Made by a program: the position numbers and the translations under genes | Assembly: GCF_003334335.1 (NCBI RefSeq) | Contig: NZ_QOWQ01000012.1 | DNA from: Escherichia coli | Lineage (GTDB): Bacteria > Pseudomonadota > Gammaproteobacteria > Enterobacterales > Enterobacteriaceae | Direction: 5' to 3' (one strand) | DNA: 64,000 nt | Shown here: positions 51,742 through 62,425 of the stretch, piece by piece | Layout: the number at the start of each line of letters is the position of its first letter | How positions within the stretch are numbered: the first letter of the stretch is position 1 | Notes under the pieces: model-generated | What the model was told of the DNA's origin: nothing | Databases searched by the model: none | Seen by the model: only the letters and a program-made list of their open reading frames with translations

Positions 51742-53034
51742 ATGATGAACACGGAAGGTAATAACGGTAACAAACCTCTCGGTCTATGGAACGTCGTTTC
51801 CATCGGCATTGGGGCAATGGTGGGGGCGGGGATCTTCGCGCTGCTGGGGCAGGCTGCATTGCTAATGGAAGCCTCGACCTGGGTCGCCTTTGCTTTTGGC
51901 GGTATTGTGGCGATGTTTTCCGGTTATGCCTATGCGCGTCTGGGGGCGAGCTATCCCAGCAATGGCGGCATTATCGACTTCTTTCGTCGCGGATTAGGCA
52001 ACGGCGTCTTTTCGCTGGCGCTCTCGTTACTGTACCTGTTGACGCTGGCGGTGAGCATCGCCATGGTCGCCCGTGCTTTTGGCGCTTATGCCGTGCAGTT
52101 TTTGCATGAAGGCAGCCAGGAGGAGCACCTTATTTTGCTCTACGCGTTGGGGATCATTGCGGTGATGACGCTTTTCAACTCCTTAAGCAACCATGCGGTA
52201 GGGCGGCTGGAAGTGATCCTCGTCGGCATTAAAATGATGATCCTGTTATTGCTGATTATTGCCGGTGTCTGGTCGCTGCAACCGGCGCATATTTCCGTCT
52301 CTGCGCCCCCCAGCTCCGGTGCGTTCTTCTCCTGTATTGGGATAACTTTCCTTGCCTATGCGGGCTTTGGCATGATGGCGAACGCGGCGGATAAAGTGAA
52401 AGATCCGCAGGTCATTATGCCACGGGCGTTTCTGGTGGCGATTGGCGTTACCACGTTGCTTTATATCTCGCTGGCACTGGTTTTGCTTAGCGATGTATCG
52501 GCATTAGAGTTAGAAAAATATGCCGATACCGCCGTAGCGCAGGCTGCTTCTCCGCTGCTCGGGCATGTGGGTTATGTGATCGTCGTCATCGGCGCTTTAC
52601 TGGCGACGGCTTCAGCCATTAACGCGAACCTGTTCGCCGTGTTTAACATCATGGACAACATGGGCAGCGAACGCGAACTGCCGAAGCTAATGAATAAATC
52701 CCTGTGGCGGCAGAGTACCTGGGGCAACATTATTGTCGTGGTGTTGATTATGCTGATGACGGCGGCACTGAATTTAGGCTCACTCGCCAGCGTTGCCAGC
52801 GCCACCTTTTTGATTTGCTACCTGGCGGTGTTTGTGGTGGCGATCCGCCTGCGTCATGATATTCACGCCTCGTTGCCGATTCTTATCGTTGGTACGTTGG
52901 TGATGTTGTTGGTGATCGTTGGCTTTATCTACAGTCTGTGGTCCCAGGGTAGCCGTGCGTTGATATGGATTATTGGCTCACTCTTACTCAGCCTTATTGT
53001 GGCAATGGTCATGAAGCGCAATAAAACCGTATAA
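51742..53034 (+). CDS. ybaT: APC-superfamily amino-acid transporter YbaT
   Basis: 430 aa, 12 predicted TM segments; starts 3 nt after the glsA stop, so probably an operon. Confidence 0.85.
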   Translation: MMNTEGNNGNKPLGLWNVVSIGIGAMVGAGIFALLGQAALLMEASTWVAFAFGGIVAMFSGYAYARLGASYPSNGGIIDFFRRGLGNGVFSLALSLLYLLTLAVSIAMVARAFGAYAVQFLHEGSQEEHLILLYALGIIAVMTLFNSLSNHAVGRLEVILVGIKMMILLLLIIAGVWSLQPAHISVSAPPSSGAFFSCIGITFLAYAGFGMMANAADKVKDPQVIMPRAFLVAIGVTTLLYISLALVLLSDVSALELEKYADTAVAQAASPLLGHVGYVIVVIGALLATASAINANLFAVFNIMDNMGSERELPKLMNKSLWRQSTWGNIIVVVLIMLMTAALNLGSLASVASATFLICYLAVFVVAIRLRHDIHASLPILIVGTLVMLLVIVGFIYSLWSQGSRALIWIIGSLLLSLIVAMVMKRNKTV

Positions 53035-53158
53035 CATCTCTCTGTGCGCAGTACTTCCTGTATTATTGTGGTGGCGGTCGATATTCGCACTGGCAAAAAA
53101 ACGTGCTTGAATATCTGTTGAAACCCTTTAACAAAGCACAGGAGGCGTTGCGCGAACG

Positions 53159-53566
53159 ATGAACATCAGCGATGTAGCAAAAATTACCGGCCTGACCAGC
53201 AAAGCCATTCGCTTCTATGAAGAGAAGGGGCTGGTGACGCCGCCGATGCGCAGCGAAAACGGTTATCGCACCTACACGCAGCAGCATCTCAACGAACTGA
53301 CCTTACTGCGCCAGGCACGGCAGGTGGGCTTTAACCTGGAAGAGAGCGGCGAGCTGGTGAATCTGTTTAACGACCCGCAGCGGCACAGCGCCGACGTCAA
53401 ACGGCGCACGCTGGAGAAGGTGGCGGAGATCGAACGACACATTGAGGAGCTGCAATCCATGCGCGACCAGCTGCTGGCACTGGCGAATGCCTGCCCTGGC
53501 GATGACAGCGCCGACTGCCCGATTATCGAAAATCTCTCCGGCTGCTGTCATCATCGGGCAGGGTGA
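53159..53566 (+). CDS. cueR: MerR-family Cu(I)-responsive regulator CueR
   Basis: 135 aa; [26 protein letters not shown] (MerR HTH); C-terminal metal-binding cysteines ([10 protein letters not shown]). Confidence 0.95.
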
Positions 53567-54025
53567 TTAAGACGAGACGGCTCGGATATGTAGGGTTATC
53601 CCTTCTATCGCAATGACTTCAACATGCGTACCTGCACCGAGATCCTCGCTGGCGCTGACAGGCCATGAACTGTCACCGACGCGCATATGACCGCGCCCGT
53701 TGACCAGCGGAGATTCCAGCACAAAACGTCGGCCAATCAGCTGCTGCCCGCGCTGGTTTAAATGACTATCGCTGTGCTTTTGTTCGCGCACCCGCCGCGA
53801 CAACCATTTCCACCACAGCCAGGCGGCGAGCAGCGTCAGGATGGCAAACATTACCCCTTGCCACTCCCAACCCAGCGGCACCAGCCAGACCACCAGGCCG
53901 GTAATCACCGCTGCCACGCCGCTCCACAACAAATAACCATTTCCGCCCAGCATCTCGGCTGCCAGCAGCAAACCGCCGAGACTGAGCCAGAAAATATGTG
54001 GATGAACGACCATTAACTCCATCAT
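53567..54025 (-). CDS. ybbJ: NfeD-like membrane protein (partner of SPFH protein QmcA)
   Basis: 152 aa; N-terminal TM helices and C-terminal OB-fold-like region; overlaps the qmcA stop by 4 nt. Confidence 0.8.
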
Positions 54026-54939
54026 GGCTGAGTCCGTTTGTTGGCGCTGTCTTTCACCAGCTCGGCAATCCCGGCAATCGACCCCATCAGGCTGCTGGCC
54101 TCTAATGGCATCATCACTACTTTGCTGTTACTGGAGGAACCGATCTGCTGTAACGCTTCGGTGTATTTCTGCGCTACGAAGTAGTTCACCGCCTGAATAT
54201 CACCGGAGGCGATAGCTTCAGACACCATTTTGGTGGCGCGGGCTTCTGCTTCGGCGGAACGTTCACGCGCTTCAGCCTGTAAAAACGCCGACTGACGTTC
54301 GCCTTCCGCTTTCAGGATTTGCGACTGTTTTTCACCTTCGGCTTTGAGGATTTCCGCCTGACGGATCCCTTCCGCTTCAAGAATGTAAGCGCGTTTGGTA
54401 CGTTCCGCTTTCATCTGCGCGTTCATTGAAGAGATAAGCTCTGCCGGTGGGCGCACGTCGCGAATTTCAATACGGGTGACTTTAATCCCCCACGGGTTGG
54501 TGGCTTCATCGACAATACGCAGCAGGCGTGAGTTGATGCTGTCGCGCTGAGAGAGCATTTCGTCAAGTTCCATTGAACCCAGCACGGTACGGATGTTAGT
54601 CATGGTCAGGTTGATGATCGCCAGCTCCAGATTGCTGACTTCATAAGCCGCGCGCGGCGCGTCAATCACCTGAATAAAGCACACGGCGTCGATGGTAACG
54701 TTGGCGTTATCTTTCGAGATAACTTCCTGGGAAGGGATATCGAGCACTTGCTCCATCATATTGATCTTGCGACCAATGCGATCCATAAACGGCACCACCA
54801 GACTGAGCCCCGGCTGTAACGTTTTGGTATAGCGACCAAAGCGTTCTACTGTCCACTGATAGCCCTGCGGTACGATTTTGACACCCGCGCCGACAATGAC
54901 CAGCGCGACAAAAATGAGAATCGGGATAAAGATAAGCAT
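54022..54939 (-). CDS. qmcA: SPFH/stomatin-prohibitin-family protein QmcA
   Basis: 305 aa; N-terminal TM anchor [23 protein letters not shown] then band-7 domain and EA-rich coiled coil ([29 protein letters not shown]). Confidence 0.85.
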
Positions 54940-55084
54940 CGGAAAAACCTCCTGTTGTACCGTCCATAATCAGCAAAATTGCTGCTTGATTAAACAAATT
55001 ATACCTGATTACTGAAAGAGAGTTCCCCCTTATTCCTGCGAAGGATAAACTGTTTTTAGTAAAAATCAGAAAAAGGGAACAGCG

Positions 55085-55762
55085 ATGCAGGAAAATAGTC
55101 CTTTGCTTCAGCTACAAAACGTAGGATATCTGGCGGGTGATGCGAAGATTCTTAATAACATCAATTTTTCGCTGCGTGCTGGCGAATTTAAGTTAATTAC
55201 CGGTCCTTCTGGTTGTGGCAAAAGTACGCTGCTAAAAATAGTTGCTTCATTGATCAGCCCAACCAGCGGAACGTTACTGTTTGAAGGTGAGGATGTCAGC
55301 ACACTAAAGCCAGAAATCTACCGCCAACAAGTCTCTTACTGCGCCCAGACACCGACGCTGTTTGGCGATACGGTATACGATAATCTGATCTTTCCCTGGC
55401 AGATCCGTAACCGGCAGCCTGACCCAGCCATTTTTCTCGATTTTCTCGAACGCTTCGCCTTGCCGGACAGCATTTTGACGAAGAATATCGCCGAGCTATC
55501 TGGTGGTGAAAAACAACGCATCTCATTGATTCGTAACCTGCAATTTATGCCGAAGGTTTTATTGCTGGATGAAATAACCAGTGCGCTGGATGAAAGTAAT
55601 AAACATAACGTCAATGAGATGATCCATCGTTATGTGCGCGAGCAAAATATTGCCGTGCTGTGGGTGACACACGATAAAGACGAAATTAATCATGCGGATA
55701 AAGTGATTACACTGCAACCGCATGCCGGAGAAATGCAGGAAGCACGCTATGAACTCGCATAA
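55085..55762 (+). CDS. fetA: ABC transporter ATP-binding protein FetA (YbbL)
   Basis: 225 aa; Walker A GPSGCGKST, signature LSGGEKQR, Walker B LLLDE. Confidence 0.85.
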   Translation: MQENSPLLQLQNVGYLAGDAKILNNINFSLRAGEFKLITGPSGCGKSTLLKIVASLISPTSGTLLFEGEDVSTLKPEIYRQQVSYCAQTPTLFGDTVYDNLIFPWQIRNRQPDPAIFLDFLERFALPDSILTKNIAELSGGEKQRISLIRNLQFMPKVLLLDEITSALDESNKHNVNEMIHRYVREQNIAVLWVTHDKDEINHADKVITLQPHAGEMQEARYELA

Positions 55763-56528
55763 TATTACTAACGAATCATTAGCACTGGCATTAATGCTGG
55801 TGGTGGTGGCAATCTTAATTAGCCATAAAGAAAAACTGGCGCTGGAGAAAGATATTCTCTGGAGCGTCGGGCGAGCGATAATTCAGCTGATTATTGTCGG
55901 CTATGTGCTGAAGTATATTTTCAGCGTGGATGATGCCAGCCTGACATTATTGATGGTGTTATTTATCTGCTTTAATGCGGCGTGGAACGCGCAAAAACGC
56001 AGTAAATATATTGCTAAAGCTTTTATCTCATCGTTTATTGCCATTACGGTCGGGGCGGGAATTACCCTGGCGGTGCTGATTCTCTCAGGGTCGATTGAAT
56101 TTATCCCGATGCAGGTGATCCCTATCGCCGGGATGATTGCCGGTAACGCCATGGTAGCGGTGGGGTTGTGTTACAACAATTTAGGGCAACGGGTCATTAG
56201 CGAACAGCAACAGATTCAGGAGAAACTGAGTCTTGGTGCGACGCCGAAGCAGGCTTCAGCGATATTGATTCGCGACAGTATTCGCGCGGCTTTAATTCCG
56301 ACGGTCGATTCAGCAAAAACGGTTGGCTTAGTGAGTTTACCAGGAATGATGTCCGGGCTGATATTTGCCGGGATTGATCCGGTGAAGGCGATTAAATATC
56401 AGATTATGGTGACCTTTATGCTGCTCTCAACCGCCAGCTTGTCGACCATTATTGCCTGCTATTTAACCTATCGTAAGTTTTATAATTCGCGCCACCAGTT
56501 GGTGGTGACGCAATTGAAGAAGAAATGA
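55749..56528 (+). CDS. fetB: Iron-export ABC permease FetB (YbbM, UPF0014)
   Basis: Track ORF 268 aa; ATG at 55749 gives 259 aa MNSHNITNESLALALMLVVVAILISHKEK...; overlaps the fetA 3' end by 14 nt. Confidence 0.8.
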   Translation: MNSHNITNESLALALMLVVVAILISHKEKLALEKDILWSVGRAIIQLIIVGYVLKYIFSVDDASLTLLMVLFICFNAAWNAQKRSKYIAKAFISSFIAITVGAGITLAVLILSGSIEFIPMQVIPIAGMIAGNAMVAVGLCYNNLGQRVISEQQQIQEKLSLGATPKQASAILIRDSIRAALIPTVDSAKTVGLVSLPGMMSGLIFAGIDPVKAIKYQIMVTFMLLSTASLSTIIACYLTYRKFYNSRHQLVVTQLKKK

Positions 56529-56590
56529 TGCGATGCCGGATGCGCAGCATCGCATCCGGCGTTGTGGTTCATGTGCCGATCAACGGAATA

Positions 56591-57487
<897 letters not shown>

Positions 57488-57505
57488 TTAAGCGCGCGCT
57501 TCAAC

Positions 57506-58315
57506 TCACCCCTGCAATATTTTGTCCATCACGCGCCCCGGCAGCAGGCGCTTAAGCACCATTACCGCCCAGGTCACCAGCGTCACCGGATAGCGCATCT
57601 TCGGCTTCTCGCTAATAAAAGCATGGCGTACTTTGTCCACCACCGCTTCCGGTCCCAACGTAAAGCGGGCGGCGATGCCGGGATTTTCGACTGGTTTATC
57701 ACTTTGCGTCTGGTTGACGTTGTCGGTGAAGCGAGTACGAATGGGACCGGGTTCGATCAGGCTGACTTTAATTCCGCTGTGGCGCAGCTCCATGCGCAGT
57801 GCGTCTGACCACGCCTCCAGCGCATATTTACTGGCCGCGTAAGCGCCACGACCCGGCGTGGAGATTAATCCCATCACCGATGATGTCATCACAATACGCC
57901 CTTCACCGTGCGGTAACATCGCGGGTAACAGGCGCATGGTGAGCTGGTGTGCGCCGAAAAAGTTGGCGGAAAACTGCTGTTCCATCTGCGCACGGCTGAT
58001 GGTGGAAAGGGGGCCATACATGCCGAATCCGGCATTGTTAAAGATCCCATACAGACAATTATCGGTCAGGGCGATCACCTCGTCGGCTGCGCGATCAACA
58101 CTTTCTGGTGAATCCAGATCGATCAACACGCCGGTAAATCCCATGCTGTTCATGCGCTCAACATCATCCGGTTTCCGGCAACCTGCCAGCACATGAAAAC
58201 CCTGGCGTTTTAATTCGAGCGCGCTTTCCAGGCCAATTCCACTGGAACATCCGGTAATTAAGACCGATTTTTGCATAACTTTACCTGTCAGGATCTCCGT
58301 TGCTTTATGAGTCAT
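57506..58315 (-). CDS. ybbO: Short-chain dehydrogenase/reductase YbbO
   Basis: 269 aa; SDR cofactor motif TGCSSGIG and catalytic YxxxK (YAASKYALEAW). Confidence 0.85.
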   Translation of the reverse strand: MTHKATEILTGKVMQKSVLITGCSSGIGLESALELKRQGFHVLAGCRKPDDVERMNSMGFTGVLIDLDSPESVDRAADEVIALTDNCLYGIFNNAGFGMYGPLSTISRAQMEQQFSANFFGAHQLTMRLLPAMLPHGEGRIVMTSSVMGLISTPGRGAYAASKYALEAWSDALRMELRHSGIKVSLIEPGPIRTRFTDNVNQTQSDKPVENPGIAARFTLGPEAVVDKVRHAFISEKPKMRYPVTLVTWAVMVLKRLLPGRVMDKILQG

Positions 58316-58931
58316 GATTTACTAAAGGCTGCAACTGCTTCGCCATCCAGTCGGCAATAAACGGCTGGGCGTCGCGGTTGGGATGAATACCGTCATCCTG
58401 CATCCATTGTGGCTTGAGGTAGACCTCTTCCATAAAAAAGGGCAGCAGCGGAACATCAAACTCTTTGGCGAGTTTGGGGTAAATGGCGCTAAAGGCTTCA
58501 TTATAACGGCGACCATAGTTTGCAGGCAGACGTATTTGCATTAACAATGGTTCAGCGTTGGCGGCTTTGACATCCTGCAAAATCTGGCGCAGCGTTTGCT
58601 CGGTTTGCTGTGGCTGAAAACCACGCAAACCGTCATTGCCGCCCAGTTCAACCAGCACCCAACGCGGCTGATGCTGTTTCAGCAGAGCCGGAAGGCGCGC
58701 CAGTCCTTGTTGCGAGGTGTCGCCGCTGATGCTGGCATTAACTACCGACGTTTTACTCTGCCACTTATCATTCAACAAGGCAGGCCAGGCCGCGCTAGCA
58801 GACATTCGATACCCGGCGCTCAGGCTATCACCCAGAATCAATAACGTGTCCGCTGCGGCGGCACGGAAGGTTAACAGGACCAGGAACAGGAAGGGCAAAT
58901 GCCAGCGGAAAACATTGTTGAAGTTCATCAT
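58305..58931 (-). CDS. tesA: Periplasmic SGNH/GDSL multifunctional acyl-CoA thioesterase I / lysophospholipase L1
   Basis: Track ORF 218 aa; ATG at 58931 gives 208 aa MMNFNNVFRWHLPFLFLVLLTFRAAAADTLLILGDSLSAGY (signal peptide + GDSL motif). Confidence 0.9.
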   Translation of the reverse strand: MMNFNNVFRWHLPFLFLVLLTFRAAAADTLLILGDSLSAGYRMSASAAWPALLNDKWQSKTSVVNASISGDTSQQGLARLPALLKQHQPRWVLVELGGNDGLRGFQPQQTEQTLRQILQDVKAANAEPLLMQIRLPANYGRRYNEAFSAIYPKLAKEFDVPLLPFFMEEVYLKPQWMQDDGIHPNRDAQPFIADWMAKQLQPLVNHDS

Positions 58932-59585
58932 CTTAAGAAGTCCGTCGGTCAGGGGGAGCATGAACTCTCCATCCTCACCGGAGTTGAGCTGGTTGTCAAA
59001 CGTGGCGAGACCATCGCACTGGTGGGCGAGTCGGGATCGGGTAAGTCAACCTTGCTGGCGATCCTCGCCGGGCTTGATGACGGCAGCAGTGGCGAAGTGA
59101 GTCTGGTGGGACAACCGCTACATAATATGGACGAAGAAGCGCGGGCAAAGTTGCGCGCGAAGCACGTCGGCTTTGTTTTTCAGTCATTTATGTTAATTCC
59201 TACCCTTAACGCGCTGGAAAACGTCGAGCTTCCGGCTCTGCTGCGCGGTGAGAGTAGCGCGGAAAGTCGTAACGGGGCGAAAGCGTTGCTCGAACAGTTA
59301 GGGCTGGGTAAACGTCTGGATCATCTTCCGGCACAGCTTTCCGGCGGTGAACAGCAACGAGTGGCGCTGGCACGAGCCTTTAATGGTCGACCTGATGTGC
59401 TGTTTGCCGACGAACCCACCGGCAACCTTGACCGCCAGACGGGCGATAAAATTGCCGACCTGCTGTTTTCCCTCAACCGTGAACATGGCACCACGTTGAT
59501 TATGGTGACCCACGACCTGCAACTGGCGGCACGCTGCGACCGCTGCTTACGGCTGGTGAACGGGCAGTTGCAGGAGGAAGCATGA
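58899..59585 (+). CDS. ybbA: ABC transporter ATP-binding protein YbbA
   Basis: 228 aa; MPAENIVEVHHLKKSVGQGEHELSILTGVELVVKRGETIALVGESGSGKST, signature LSGGEQQR; 5' end overlaps the divergent tesA 5' end. Confidence 0.85.
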   Translation: MPAENIVEVHHLKKSVGQGEHELSILTGVELVVKRGETIALVGESGSGKSTLLAILAGLDDGSSGEVSLVGQPLHNMDEEARAKLRAKHVGFVFQSFMLIPTLNALENVELPALLRGESSAESRNGAKALLEQLGLGKRLDHLPAQLSGGEQQRVALARAFNGRPDVLFADEPTGNLDRQTGDKIADLLFSLNREHGTTLIMVTHDLQLAARCDRCLRLVNGQLQEEA

Positions 59586-61996
59586 TTGCACGTTGGTTCT
59601 GGCGCGAATGGCGTTCGCCGTCGCTATTAATTGTCTGGCTGGCGCTAAGCCTGGCGGTGGCCTGCGTGCTGGCGCTGGGCAATATCAGCGATCGCATGGA
59701 GAAGGGCTTAAGCCAGCAAAGCCGTGAGTTTATGGCGGGCGATCGGGCGTTGCGCAGTTCACGCGAAGTGCCGCAAGCGTGGCTGGAGGAAGCGCAAAAG
59801 CGCGGCCTGAAAGTCGGCAAGCAGCTGACTTTCGCCACAATGACCTTTGCAGGCGACACACCGCAGCTGGCGAACGTCAAAGCGGTGGATGATATCTACC
59901 CGATGTATGGCGATCTGCAAACTAATCCCCCTGGCCTGAAACCGCAGGCGGGCAGCGTATTGCTGGCCCCACGCCTGATGGCACTGCTTAACCTGAAAAC
60001 GGGCGACACCATTGACGTGGGCGATGCCACCTTGCGGATTGCCGGAGAAGTGATTCAGGAACCGGATTCCGGTTTTAACCCCTTCCAGATGGCTCCGCGT
60101 CTGATGATGAATCTGGCGGATGTCGATAAAACCGGAGCCGTGCAGCCGGGGAGTCGGGTCACCTGGCGTTATAAATTCGGCGGCAACGAGAACCAGCTCG
60201 ACGGCTATGAGAAATGGTTGTTACCTCAGCTTAAACCCGAACAACGCTGGTACGGTCTGGAACAGGACGAAGGCGCGCTGGGGCGATCGATGGAACGCTC
60301 GCAACAGTTCCTGCTGCTTTCGGCGCTTCTGACCTTGCTGCTGGCAGTGGCAGCGGTGGCGGTAGCGATGAATCATTACTGTCGCAGTCGCTACGATCTG
60401 GTGGCGATCCTCAAAACGCTGGGGGCAGGGCGAGCGCAACTGCGTAAGCTAATCGTCGGTCAGTGGTTGATGGTGCTGACGCTTTCAGCCGTTACCGGTG
60501 GGGCCATAGGCCTGTTGTTCGAAAACGTGTTGATGGTGCTGCTCAAGCCCGTTCTGCCTGCTGCACTACCGCCAGCCAGCCTCTGGCCGTGGCTGTGGGC
60601 GCTTGGCACCATGACGGTCATCTCGCTGCTGGTGGGGCTACGACCATATCGCTTGTTGCTGGCAACGCAGCCTTTACGCGTATTACGTAATGATGTGGTA
60701 GCGAACGTCTGGCCGCTGAAGTTTTATCTGCCGATTGTCAGTGTGGTGGTTGTGCTGCTGCTCGCCGGATTAATGGGTGGCAGCATGCTGCTTTGGGCGG
60801 TGCTGGCGGGCGCGGTAGTACTGGCTTTGCTGTGCGGTGTGCTGGGCTGGATGCTGCTGAATGTACTTCGCCGCATGACGCTGAAATCGCTGCCTCTGCG
60901 CCTGGCGGTTAGCCGCCTGTTACGTCAGCCGTGGTCAACGTTAAGTCAGCTTTCGGCATTTTCGCTCTCCTTTATGCTGCTGGCACTGCTGCTGGTGTTG
61001 CGTGGCGATCTGCTCGACCGCTGGCAGCAGCAGCTACCTCCAGAAAGCCCGAACTACTTTTTAATTAACATCGCCACAGAACAGGTAGCACCGCTAAAAG
61101 CGTTCCTCGCGGAACATCAGATAGTCCCGGAATCGTTTTATCCGGTGGTGCGGGCGCGGCTGACGGCGATTAACGATAAGCCGACAGAAGGTAATGAAGA
61201 TGAGGCGCTTAACCGCGAACTCAATCTTACCTGGCAAAATACGCGGCCCGATCATAATCCGATTGTCGCCGGTAACTGGCCGCCAAAAGCCGATGAAGTG
61301 TCGATGGAAGAGGGGCTGGCGAAACGCTTAAACGTTGCCCTCGGTGATACCGTGACTTTTATGGGCGATACCCAGGAGTTCCGCGCTAAAGTGACCAGCC
61401 TGCGCAAAGTGGACTGGGAAAGTCTGCGGCCTAATTTCTATTTTATTTTCCCTGAAGGGGCATTAGACGGGCAACCGCAGAGCTGGCTTACCAGTTTCCG
61501 CTGGGAGAATGGCAACGGCATGTTGACACAACTCAACCGCCAGTTCCCGACCATTAGCCTGTTAGATATTGGCGCGATTTTAAAACAGGTCGGTCAGGTG
61601 CTGGAGCAGGTAAGTCGGGCGCTGGAAGTGATGGTGGTACTGGTCACCGCCTGCGGTATGTTGCTGTTGCTGGCACAGGTGCAGGTGGGAATGCGTCAGC
61701 GTCATCAGGAGCTGGTGGTGTGGCGCACACTCGGTGCGGGGAAAAAACTGCTGCGTGCCACGTTGTGGTGTGAGTTCGCCATGCTTGGGTTTGTTTCCGG
61801 CCTGGTGGCCGCAATTGGTGCGGAAACGGCGCTGGCAGTGTTGCAGGCGAAAGTGTTTGATTTTCCGTGGGAGCCAGACTGGCGATTGTGGATTGTTCTG
61901 CCGTGCAGCGGAGCGCTGCTGCTGTCGCTTTTCGGCGGCTGGCTGGGTGCGCGACTGGTTAAGGGTAAGGCGCTGTTCAGGCAGTTTGCGGGGTGA
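59582..61996 (+). CDS. ybbP: ABC transporter permease YbbP (FtsX-like)
   Basis: 804 aa; ATG overlaps the ybbA stop (ATGA); N-terminal TM helix, periplasmic domains and two blocks of TM helices typical of FtsX/MacB-type permeases. Confidence 0.85.
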   Translation: MIARWFWREWRSPSLLIVWLALSLAVACVLALGNISDRMEKGLSQQSREFMAGDRALRSSREVPQAWLEEAQKRGLKVGKQLTFATMTFAGDTPQLANVKAVDDIYPMYGDLQTNPPGLKPQAGSVLLAPRLMALLNLKTGDTIDVGDATLRIAGEVIQEPDSGFNPFQMAPRLMMNLADVDKTGAVQPGSRVTWRYKFGGNENQLDGYEKWLLPQLKPEQRWYGLEQDEGALGRSMERSQQFLLLSALLTLLLAVAAVAVAMNHYCRSRYDLVAILKTLGAGRAQLRKLIVGQWLMVLTLSAVTGGAIGLLFENVLMVLLKPVLPAALPPASLWPWLWALGTMTVISLLVGLRPYRLLLATQPLRVLRNDVVANVWPLKFYLPIVSVVVVLLLAGLMGGSMLLWAVLAGAVVLALLCGVLGWMLLNVLRRMTLKSLPLRLAVSRLLRQPWSTLSQLSAFSLSFMLLALLLVLRGDLLDRWQQQLPPESPNYFLINIATEQVAPLKAFLAEHQIVPESFYPVVRARLTAINDKPTEGNEDEALNRELNLTWQNTRPDHNPIVAGNWPPKADEVSMEEGLAKRLNVALGDTVTFMGDTQEFRAKVTSLRKVDWESLRPNFYFIFPEGALDGQPQSWLTSFRWENGNGMLTQLNRQFPTISLLDIGAILKQVGQVLEQVSRALEVMVVLVTACGMLLLLAQVQVGMRQRHQELVVWRTLGAGKKLLRATLWCEFAMLGFVSGLVAAIGAETALAVLQAKVFDFPWEPDWRLWIVLPCSGALLLSLFGGWLGARLVKGKALFRQFAG

Positions 61997-62011
61997 TGAG
62001 AGTAAATAAGG

Positions 62012-62042
62012 GGCGTTCTGGTTGAATGGAACGCCTTGTTTA
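62012..62042 (+). terminator. Candidate terminator after ybbP
   Basis: Hairpin ggcgttc-tggttgaatg-gaacgcc followed by TTGTTTAAATT. Confidence 0.6.
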
Positions 62043-62425
62043 AATTAATTCTACAATATGTTTCATTGATGATGTTATTGAATTGGTGATTTCCTATCTT
62101 TCTATTGCTGATATTAATCTGAATCGGTGGAGTTTATTGATTTTAAATATAGCCCTACAAAAATAACTCAGACTAATAAAATCATAAATCATATGCGTTG
62201 AATGGATATTATCCATATAGTGAATTTGTTGATGATGAATTCATCTGTGCTAAAAATGTTAGTTTAATAAAATATTGAAAGTGACCTGTAATAACAGTTG
62301 TTGTTGATTGAGAACAAATAAGTTTATGTGAAAAATATATAAATACATTAGCTGGTCTTGTGTGTCATTTTATTTTTTTTGTTGCTAACACAGGGATATG
62401 AACAATAACTAAAAGGGCACTTTAT

